Below, one piece after another: positions 10,111 to 17,749 of a stretch of 32,000 bases of DNA. The stretch spans positions 1,500,001-1,532,000 of the forward strand of contig OY781039.1 in NCBI GenBank assembly GCA_963676105.1, in the 5' to 3' direction. The notes beneath the pieces were generated by a model, which was given only the letters and a program-made list of their open reading frames with translations, did no database searches and was not told the origin of the DNA. The stretch is from Erysipelotrichaceae bacterium. GTDB lineage: Bacteria > Bacillota_I > Bacilli_A > Erysipelotrichales > Erysipelotrichaceae. The number at the start of each line of letters is the position of its first letter. Position 1 is the first letter of the stretch. The translations under genes were made by a program, and so were the position numbers.

Positions 10111-11052
10111 ATGTCGTCCATTGCTTATGTCACAGATAAACGGATGATTGAATTTCATCGCCTCAATGGAAATGATGGAATCAATTTTTGGCGACCATCT
10201 GCAGGTAAGCGTTTTTCTGACTTTAACAGTGGAGATTTACTTTTCTTTTTAGCTAAAGGTACTGAACGTGATGTCACAAGAGAAAAGGGAATTATTGGTT
10301 ATGGTCGATATACCTATTCAGAAGCGTTATCTGCCAAACAAATGTGGTCACGTTATGAAACTTTAAATGGTTATCATTCAGAGAATGAATTAAAAGAAGG
10401 AATCTTAAAGGTTTCAAAATCTAATACCTTACCTTCACGTATAAGCTGTCTTCATTTAAAGGATGTTGTCTTCTTTCAATCACCTTTATATTTAAGTGAT
10501 TTAGGTATGAAAATATCTAATAAAATAGAAAGTTTTATATACCTTGATAAAGAAGATCCGGAGATGACAACTAAGATCTTACTAAAGGCCAATGAAATCG
10601 GAATCGACTTCTGGACATCAGCCATTTCAAAATCCAATCCAAACTACACTGTATTTGATGATGATTTAATTTGGCATTTACTCAAGAGTCATGAAGTTAA
10701 ATTGCCTCAGAGTTCTATTCAAGCAGTTCAAACTCGTAATGCTCGTTTCTTAAAAAAATATAAAGAAAGTCATCATGATTTGAATTGGTTAGATTCAAGT
10801 CATCAGGCGTTAATTGAATTCATCAATGATGGTGTTAGATTATATCATCCTATTCTTGCGAATAAAAAAGAACTAACTCAACTCGTGTTCTCGCGTTTGG
10901 GTCAAGAGACATATCTTAAACATGTGGCTCGACAATTTCCAAATTTTGTTAATAAGAAACTTGAGATTGTTCATATTAGTGATATCGATCTCAATCAAGA
11001 ACTTGATATAGATTTAGGCTTAACCTGCATACAGTTTGATGATAAAAAATAA
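10111..11052 (+). CDS. Hypothetical protein: N-terminal PUA/EVE-like-looking module plus an unrecognised C-terminal domain
   Basis: Clean 313-aa ORF with its own Shine-Dalgarno, promoter and terminator. N-terminal motifs are VTD..M.EF, NFWRPS, GDLLFF, IIGYG and VVFF. No catalytic motif is recognisable in residues ~160-313. Confidence 0.85.
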   Translation: MSSIAYVTDKRMIEFHRLNGNDGINFWRPSAGKRFSDFNSGDLLFFLAKGTERDVTREKGIIGYGRYTYSEALSAKQMWSRYETLNGYHSENELKEGILKVSKSNTLPSRISCLHLKDVVFFQSPLYLSDLGMKISNKIESFIYLDKEDPEMTTKILLKANEIGIDFWTSAISKSNPNYTVFDDDLIWHLLKSHEVKLPQSSIQAVQTRNARFLKKYKESHHDLNWLDSSHQALIEFINDGVRLYHPILANKKELTQLVFSRLGQETYLKHVARQFPNFVNKKLEIVHISDIDLNQELDIDLGLTCIQFDDKK

Positions 11053-11072
11053 AAGGACTAGAGTCCTTTTTG
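11051..11072. terminator. Bidirectional terminator between convergent genes
   Basis: AAAAGGA-CTAGAG-TCCTTTTT. It has an A-run on one side and a T-run on the other, and overlaps both stop codons. Confidence 0.6.
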
Positions 11073-11597
11073 TGTGAGATAACGTTCAAATTTTGTGATA
11101 GGTGCTTGTGCTTCAATGTTGAATAGTGTGCAGATTTCAATGAAACGTTTTTTTGCGCTAAGTGGATCATCAATGCTTTCTACTTCTAATTCATAATCGA
11201 CATTACCATTATAAAAGTTTTCATCTATACAAATTTCTTGATGTGCTTCTATGACTTGATAACGATGGGTTAAAAGATTGCCAATAGGGATAAATTCTAA
11301 ATTAAAATTATTTTCTTTTAGAAAACTTTGAACATCATCTCGTATAAAATAATTCGAGTCTTTAATCATATTATTAAAATTAGTTTCGAGACGACCTTCA
11401 GGATGATCTTGTTTAAAGGTTAATGTACACTTATCACCAATTTCTCTTAAGCGACATGCGACTTTTACTTTAGGGTCTGAATACTTAAAATAATGATTGT
11501 CTTGTTTGATTAATTTGGCATCTTTAAAATGATTTTTTAGATCATCAAATTGTTTTTTTGTAAGCAAAGTTTTAAATTCTATTTCGAGTTGCGTCAT
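11058..11597 (-). CDS. CYTH domain protein (triphosphate tunnel metalloenzyme family, YjbK-like)
   Basis: EIEFK (ExExK) signature right after Met at 11597, and a later YELEVE strand. The track's start at 11627 is a GTG with no Shine-Dalgarno. I prefer ATG 11597, but the start is uncertain. Confidence 0.8.
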   Translation of the reverse strand: MTQLEIEFKTLLTKKQFDDLKNHFKDAKLIKQDNHYFKYSDPKVKVACRLREIGDKCTLTFKQDHPEGRLETNFNNMIKDSNYFIRDDVQSFLKENNFNLEFIPIGNLLTHRYQVIEAHQEICIDENFYNGNVDYELEVESIDDPLSAKKRFIEICTLFNIEAQAPITKFERYLTQKGL

Positions 11598-11606
11598 ATA
11601 ACCGTA

Positions 11607-11615
11607 TGATACAAT
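11607..11615 (+). promoter_or_regulatory. Extended -10 element for nadK
   Basis: TGATACAAT ends 13 nt before ATG 11629. No Shine-Dalgarno lies between them. Confidence 0.4.
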
Positions 11616-11628
11616 AGTTACAAGCACT

Positions 11629-12420
11629 ATGACAGAAAAAAAGTACTATTATATCATTGCGAAAACCGATGAATGTTCGCAAAATCTAGCTGAAGAAATG
11701 CATAGAACCTTTGCCTTAAATAACTGGGAAATTAGCAAAGAAAACCCTGATTTATTGATTACAGTAGGTGGTGATGGAACGTTTTTACATGCGATTCATA
11801 GTTTTTTAGATAAACTAGATGACATTAAAGTGGTGGGCATACATACCGGAACTTTAGGATTCTTTACCAATTATCATGATCATGAATTAGATATCTTCTT
11901 TGACGATTTGTTTAATCGAAAAATGAATATTCATCCTATACCCGTAATGAAGATTGATGTGAAACAAAAGGATGATCATTTTGTTTTCGAAGCGATTAAT
12001 GAAATGCGTATTGAGAATGTGACACGAACACAATCTTTAGATATTAAAATTAATGGTGAGTTTTTTGAATCTTTTAGAGGAACTGGAATGTGTATTTCAA
12101 CACAATCAGGATCGACAGCCTATAATCGATCCCTAGGTGGAGCCATATTACAAGACGGTTTAGATCTTTTACAAATATCAGAAATCACAGGCATACATCA
12201 CAAAGCCTATCGTTCTCTTGGTTCACCAATGATTGTAAAAAAAGAGTCCATTATTGAACTCGAGAGTGATAATTTTGATAACGCAATATTGTGTTATGAC
12301 CATCTATACTTTCCGCTAAATTGTAAAAGTGAAGTTAAGGTTTCTTACTGCAACAAATATATTCGTCTATTAACAAGACCAAATTATACTTATTTTAAAC
12401 GTTTGAAAAATTTGTTTTAA
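11629..12420 (+). CDS. nadK: NAD kinase
   Basis: GGDGTFLHA motif, NEMRIEN, and TGSTAYNRSLGG-like STQSGSTAYNRSLGG. Confidence 0.95.
   Translation: MTEKKYYYIIAKTDECSQNLAEEMHRTFALNNWEISKENPDLLITVGGDGTFLHAIHSFLDKLDDIKVVGIHTGTLGFFTNYHDHELDIFFDDLFNRKMNIHPIPVMKIDVKQKDDHFVFEAINEMRIENVTRTQSLDIKINGEFFESFRGTGMCISTQSGSTAYNRSLGGAILQDGLDLLQISEITGIHHKAYRSLGSPMIVKKESIIELESDNFDNAILCYDHLYFPLNCKSEVKVSYCNKYIRLLTRPNYTYFKRLKNLF
11648..11656 (-). promoter_or_regulatory. Extended -10 element for the CYTH gene (minus strand, inside nadK codons 7-10)
   Basis: The reverse complement of ATTATATCA is TGATATAAT. Confidence 0.35.
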
Positions 12421-13604
12421 TGAACACGCGCTGCTTGGTTTTCATTAGAAATACTATAGATAATAGCCAAAGCAGGTATATAGGATAATAAAGAAGAGCC
12501 ACCTGCCGAAATAAACGGTAAAGTAATACCGGTGATGGGAACCAAACCAACAATCATTCCCATGTTTTGAACTTGTTGGAAGACTAACATACCTAAAACG
12601 CCACTAACCATAATTTTTTCTCTGTAATCATTACTATGTAATAAAAGATTGATAATAATTAAATCTAAAGCAAATTCTAAAAATAATGTAATGGTAGTCC
12701 CTGCAAAACCAAAGTTTTGTCCAATAACCGCAAAAATAAAGTCGTTTTGAGGTTCGATGAGTGTAATCACATCTGACCCTAAGCCATGCCCAATCCAACC
12801 GGCTGATCCAATCGCAAGTAAAGCTTGGTAAAGTTGTAGACCCCATGAACGAATATATTGTTCAGTTTTTAACCAACCATAAAAACGATTTAAACGATAG
12901 GATTGTCCTACAACAGAATTCAAAATCTCAGGAAAGATAAAGAATAAAATGAGAAAGACAGTCACAATTGTCACAACACTTATAAAACCATATTTAATCC
13001 AGTTCTTATGAACACCACTCATGGCCATCATCGTAATTAAACCTGCAATAATAACTAAAGGAATACCGGTATCTGGTTGCATGATAATCAATATTAAAGG
13101 TAAGGCGACGACTTTTAATAAGGCAATAAATAAGGATATATCGTTTTCTAAACTAGGTAATCCATGTTTTTCATGTTCTTCAGTAATAACGATTGAACTT
13201 TTTAAAATTAAAACAGCTTTCATAAATTCACTAGGTTGTATTGTCCCAATACCAGGTAAAGCAATCCAAGCACGCGTGCCATTTATTGGATAAATAAAAG
13301 GGAGATCAATGACTCTATCTAAAAGTAATAAAACTAAAAGACCAATTAAAATCCAATAAGCATAATCAATCGCTGTAAACATGATATCTACACCAAGGAC
13401 TAATATTGTGATGAGTAAAGCCAAGGCAATAAATATCCAGGCAATTTGTTTATATAGAATATCGTAAGAAGGATTATAACTATTGATGAGTGGAACAGCT
13501 GCAAAGATTGCTAATAGACTAATTGTACTTAACGCAATTAAAACAATGGTCAATGGCCAATCTATATAAAATGTACGTTTTGAAGAGCGTCTAATTTGAG
13601 TCAT
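12417..13604 (-). CDS. FtsW/RodA/SpoVE (SEDS) family peptidoglycan glycosyltransferase
   Basis: 395 aa and polytopic. C-terminal signature LPITGITLPFISAGGSSLLS. I cannot separate RodA from FtsW on sequence alone. Confidence 0.92.
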   Translation of the reverse strand: MTQIRRSSKRTFYIDWPLTIVLIALSTISLLAIFAAVPLINSYNPSYDILYKQIAWIFIALALLITILVLGVDIMFTAIDYAYWILIGLLVLLLLDRVIDLPFIYPINGTRAWIALPGIGTIQPSEFMKAVLILKSSIVITEEHEKHGLPSLENDISLFIALLKVVALPLILIIMQPDTGIPLVIIAGLITMMAMSGVHKNWIKYGFISVVTIVTVFLILFFIFPEILNSVVGQSYRLNRFYGWLKTEQYIRSWGLQLYQALLAIGSAGWIGHGLGSDVITLIEPQNDFIFAVIGQNFGFAGTTITLFLEFALDLIIINLLLHSNDYREKIMVSGVLGMLVFQQVQNMGMIVGLVPITGITLPFISAGGSSLLSYIPALAIIYSISNENQAARVH

Positions 13605-13671
13605 ATCTAAGCTAATTCTTTCTTTGAACTTTTTTTCGTTATAATGGTATCATGAAACACGAGGTAAACTC

Positions 13672-15210
13672 ATGAGAAGATGGAACACGATATTAGATAC
13701 ATTTTACTTCCCTTTGGAAGTTTTATATATGGCAAGTATTTTATTTGGCTTAAGTGCACTGTTTTTAGGCCAAAGTTTTAATGCGTTATTCACAGTTGAT
13801 AATGAATATCTTGTCTTGGTTTTAGATTTAGTCAGAAACTTTGCGGTATGGTTAATACAAGCCTTTCCACTCTTGTTTTTACTAAGAGCTGTTTATCGTA
13901 GAAATGATACGGGCTTAGTCGTAATCATAGCTTTATTAGCTTATGTTGCTTTCCATGTATCAACAGCTTTTTTTGCACCAAGCTATTTACCTTCAGGTTT
14001 ACATGAACCTGTACTAGGAATTACGTTTAATTCATCACGTTTAATTGGGGCAAGTAATCTAATTGCGATTAATACAGGCTTTGTAGGTTCAGTCATTATT
14101 CTAATCATTGTTCGTTCAATGGTAAATCATATTCAAAAAAGATCACCGTACAGTATTTTTAGTTTTGTTGATAAAGGTGTATCAACTTTATTTACATCCG
14201 TAATCTTAAGTTTGTTGGCAGGGATAATAGTTGCTTTCTTAGTTCCTTATTTTATTGAGTTCATGCAGAATTTATTTACTGTTATTTCTTCTAACCTAAG
14301 TAGTCCGATTAATTTATTTGTTTATGGCATCACTGATCGTTTAAGTTCCATCTTTGGTTTTGGATATTGGATGAATCAACAATTCTGGTTTGGATCTCTT
14401 GGTGGAACATGGTCAAATGCATCTGGCGCTATCTTTAATGGTGATATCAGTATGTGGACTGCTCAACTCGTAAATAGTGGCAATAACTTTGGGGCAGGTA
14501 AACTCATCACACCTTACTACATATTAAATGGTTTTGTGGTGCCAGCATATATCTTAGCTTCATTTCAAACATACACAGATAAATTAGTAAGAAGACGATT
14601 ATTATTGTTTGTGATTGTGGCTATCTTTAGTTCATGGTTCTTGAATACTTTATTACCGATTGAAATCTTTATGTTGGTAAGTACACCTTTATTATTTGTT
14701 TACTATATTTTCTTAGTTGGTTTACTATTTGCGGTATTACCAAGTTTCTCTATCGTATTTGGGTATTCATATCTAGGTTCTGTTTACAACGCAAATCCTG
14801 GTGGTTTATTAGATGTCTTAATCTTATTAAGAAACCCAAGTTTCCAAAGAAATATCTTAATACTATTATTTATTGGTTTAATTGTTGGTTTACTTACCTA
14901 TGCGATAAGTACCTATTATTATCGTCGTGGTGCAGTTGGGTTGATTATGCCTGATGAAAAGGATCGTTTAGTATATGAATTACTAGATGCGATTGGTGAA
15001 ATAGAAAATATTAAGCTAATGAATGCATCAGTTGGGAAAGTTATTATTCAAGTCAATGATCGATCATTGGTTGATTTTAAAAAGATTCATCACCGTGTCA
15101 GCAAGATTGTTGAAACACGTGCTGGGTACGCGATTAGTTATGGCTCAAGTAGTTATATGATTTATGCTTATTTAAAATCTCTACAAAAGACGACAAAGGA
15201 AAGTGCTTAG
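13672..15210 (+). CDS. PTS EIIC-EIIB-like membrane protein, apparently catalytically degenerate
   Basis: 512 aa with about 10 hydrophobic segments. GITDRLSSIFGFGYWMNQQF resembles the glucose-family EIIC GITE..../FGLHH..N region. The C-terminal LLDAIGEIENIKLMNASVGKVIIQV resembles the EIIB (G..ENI...D.C.TRLR) fold, with Ser in place of the phospho-Cys. GAGGT Shine-Dalgarno at 13661-13665. Confidence 0.65.
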   Translation: MRRWNTILDTFYFPLEVLYMASILFGLSALFLGQSFNALFTVDNEYLVLVLDLVRNFAVWLIQAFPLLFLLRAVYRRNDTGLVVIIALLAYVAFHVSTAFFAPSYLPSGLHEPVLGITFNSSRLIGASNLIAINTGFVGSVIILIIVRSMVNHIQKRSPYSIFSFVDKGVSTLFTSVILSLLAGIIVAFLVPYFIEFMQNLFTVISSNLSSPINLFVYGITDRLSSIFGFGYWMNQQFWFGSLGGTWSNASGAIFNGDISMWTAQLVNSGNNFGAGKLITPYYILNGFVVPAYILASFQTYTDKLVRRRLLLFVIVAIFSSWFLNTLLPIEIFMLVSTPLLFVYYIFLVGLLFAVLPSFSIVFGYSYLGSVYNANPGGLLDVLILLRNPSFQRNILILLFIGLIVGLLTYAISTYYYRRGAVGLIMPDEKDRLVYELLDAIGEIENIKLMNASVGKVIIQVNDRSLVDFKKIHHRVSKIVETRAGYAISYGSSSYMIYAYLKSLQKTTKESA

Positions 15211-15219
15211 GCGCTTTTT

Positions 15220-15228
15220 TGTTATAAT
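15220..15228 (+). promoter_or_regulatory. Extended -10 element immediately upstream of mutS
   Basis: TGTTATAAT ends 7 nt before ATG 15236. Confidence 0.4.
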
Positions 15229-15235
15229 GGGACTA

Positions 15236-17749
15236 ATGGAAAAACTATCACCCATGTTGAAACAATACATGGATTTAAAAGCGGAATATCCTGATACACT
15301 CGTCTTATTTAGATTGGGTGATTTTTATGAGTTGTTCTTTGATGATGCTAAAATCGCATCCTATGAATTAGATTTAGTTTTAACGGCTCGTGCTGCAGGG
15401 AATAATCAAAAAGCACCAATGTGTGGGGTTCCTTTTCATGCGGTCAGTTCATATGTAAAAACATTGGTAAACAATGGACATAAAGTGGCGATTGTTGAAC
15501 AGATGGAAGAAGCTGGCGCAAGCAAAGGCATCGTAAGAAGAGATGTCGTGCGTGTCGTAACACCTGGAACTATGACGGATGAATGGGTTGATGACAAAAC
15601 TCGAAATACGATTGCGAGTTGCACAAAGTTTGCCCAAAAATATACTTTAGCTTTATCTGAACTTTTAAGTGGAAATACACAGATAGAAGTGATAGAAGCC
15701 AAAGTTGAAGATTTAAAAGCGCTTATTTATAAAGAAGGTATAAAAGAAATCGTTCTTGATTCTAAAGTTGATCAAGAAACACTACATGCCTTAAGAGAAA
15801 TGAGTCATCTAAGTATTTCATATGTTGATGAAACGGATTTAATTGAAGAATATAAAAATAATATCAAAGGAATTGAAGATCCAACTAAAATAAAAACCTA
15901 TGGTCGATTACTCAATCATTTATTAAAAACTCAAAAAAGAAGTTTATATCATTTGCGTGAAGTCGTTGATGAAAAAACACTCACGAGAATGGCAATTGAT
16001 GTTCGATCTCTACAAAACTTAGAGTTAATTACAGCCCTACGTCATGAAGATGATGAAGCAACCCTATTTAACTTTTTAGATAAAGCACGATCAGCAATGG
16101 GTTCGCGCTTTCTAAAAGATTGGATTAAAGAACCTTATAAAATCCTTGATCCCATTATCGACCGCCAAAATAAGATACAGTCATTATTGGATGATCATGC
16201 ACAATTTGAGACATTAAGAGAAAAACTCAGTGAGCTTTATGACTTAGAACGTTTAATCACAAAAGTTTCAATACGCAGCGCAGGACCTTTAGATTTACTC
16301 AGGTTATCAAAAAGTTTAAATCCAGTACCCGCTATCTTTAATTGCTTAGATGAAACCGCCTTTAGTGACTTAAAATCAGTGAATCAATTAAATGATTTGT
16401 CTTTAATTTTAAATCAAGCTTTAAAAGATGAAGTACCGATGCATGTTAGAGATGGAGACATCTTTCAAAATGGGTATAACTTAGAGTTAGATGAACTAAG
16501 AGATATTCAGAAATCAGGTAAGCGTTGGTTACTTGAATTTGAAGCAAATGAAAAAGATAAAACGAATATTAAAAACTTAAAGGTTGGCTATAACCGAGTT
16601 TTCGGCTACTACATTGAAGTTTCAAAAGGTAATGTGCATCTAGTAAAACCTGAATATGAATACACACGCAAACAAACCTTAAGTACGGGCGAACGATATA
16701 TCACACCCAAACTTAAAGAAATGGAAGATAAGATTCTTCATGCGCAAGAAAGAGCTTTACGTCTTGAACAACAGCTTTTTAGTGATTTAGTGGATACAGT
16801 CGCAGCTTCTCTAAAAGATCTACAAAAACTCGCAGATGCTTTGGCAAGCATTGATGCACTACAAGCTCTTACAAAGGTAGCTTTTGATCATCATTATGTA
16901 CGACCAAGTTTTAATCAAGACTTTGATTTAAATATTAAAGAAGGACGTCATCCAATTTTAGAAACGAAATTAGATTATGTTCCTAATACGACCCATTTTG
17001 AAAAGAAACAAAGTATACATTTGTTAACAGGTCCTAATATGGGTGGTAAGAGCACCTATATGAGACAAGTCGCACTCATTGTGGTCATGGCTCAAATGGG
17101 ATCTTTTGTGCCAGCCAAATCAGCAGACTTAGCTTTAGTCGATGCCATCTATACTCGAATGGGCGCAAGTGATGACATCTTAGAAGGACATTCAACCTTC
17201 ATGTTGGAAATGATTGAAGCTAATCATGCGCTTAAACATGCGACAAGTCAGTCACTAATTCTCTTTGATGAAATTGGCCGAGGCACTTCAACCTTTGATG
17301 GTATGGCACTAGCTCAAGCGATGGTCGAGTATGTCTCTACGATTAATCAATGTAAGTGTATTTTTTCCACGCACTATCATGAATTAACAGAACTTGAACA
17401 TTCCTTAAATAATTTAAAAAATATGCATGTAGATGTACATGAAGAAAATAATGAAGTTACCTTTTTGTATCGCGTGAAACATGGTAAAGCTGAACAGTCC
17501 TATGGGGTCAATGTCGCAAGACTTGCTCACTTACCAGATTCAATTATAGATCGCGCAACATCAATTCTAGGCGAACTTGAAAGCAAGAAAAGAGTGGTTC
17601 AACAAAGTTTAGATGTTGTTGAAGTAAAACATATTCCAAAAAATATACAAACATTAAGTGACCGATTAGACCGTGTAGATATAAATGATTTAACACCAAT
17701 GGAAGCTTTGAAACTTCTTGATGATTTTAAAAAGGAGTTTAAAGATTAA
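15236..17749 (+). CDS. mutS: DNA mismatch repair protein MutS
   Basis: N-terminal LSPMLKQYMDLKAEYPD, Walker A GPNMGGKST, and DEIGRGTST. The start is trimmed from the track's GTG 15203 to ATG 15236, which fits MutS N-termini. ATG 15227 is an alternative. Confidence 0.95.
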   Translation: MEKLSPMLKQYMDLKAEYPDTLVLFRLGDFYELFFDDAKIASYELDLVLTARAAGNNQKAPMCGVPFHAVSSYVKTLVNNGHKVAIVEQMEEAGASKGIVRRDVVRVVTPGTMTDEWVDDKTRNTIASCTKFAQKYTLALSELLSGNTQIEVIEAKVEDLKALIYKEGIKEIVLDSKVDQETLHALREMSHLSISYVDETDLIEEYKNNIKGIEDPTKIKTYGRLLNHLLKTQKRSLYHLREVVDEKTLTRMAIDVRSLQNLELITALRHEDDEATLFNFLDKARSAMGSRFLKDWIKEPYKILDPIIDRQNKIQSLLDDHAQFETLREKLSELYDLERLITKVSIRSAGPLDLLRLSKSLNPVPAIFNCLDETAFSDLKSVNQLNDLSLILNQALKDEVPMHVRDGDIFQNGYNLELDELRDIQKSGKRWLLEFEANEKDKTNIKNLKVGYNRVFGYYIEVSKGNVHLVKPEYEYTRKQTLSTGERYITPKLKEMEDKILHAQERALRLEQQLFSDLVDTVAASLKDLQKLADALASIDALQALTKVAFDHHYVRPSFNQDFDLNIKEGRHPILETKLDYVPNTTHFEKKQSIHLLTGPNMGGKSTYMRQVALIVVMAQMGSFVPAKSADLALVDAIYTRMGASDDILEGHSTFMLEMIEANHALKHATSQSLILFDEIGRGTSTFDGMALAQAMVEYVSTINQCKCIFSTHYHELTELEHSLNNLKNMHVDVHEENNEVTFLYRVKHGKAEQSYGVNVARLAHLPDSIIDRATSILGELESKKRVVQQSLDVVEVKHIPKNIQTLSDRLDRVDINDLTPMEALKLLDDFKKEFKD

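Noticed and set aside
15203-15235. Track-extended N-termini: mutS GTG 15203, folD 25951, ispF 28538, the HD protein 28999, DUF1934 TTG 31549 and CYTH GTG 11627.
   Set aside because: In each case the extension lacks a ribosome-binding site. It also overlaps the upstream gene or a promoter element, or adds residues absent from the family's conserved N-terminus. Internal ATGs fit better, although the CYTH and mutS starts remain uncertain.
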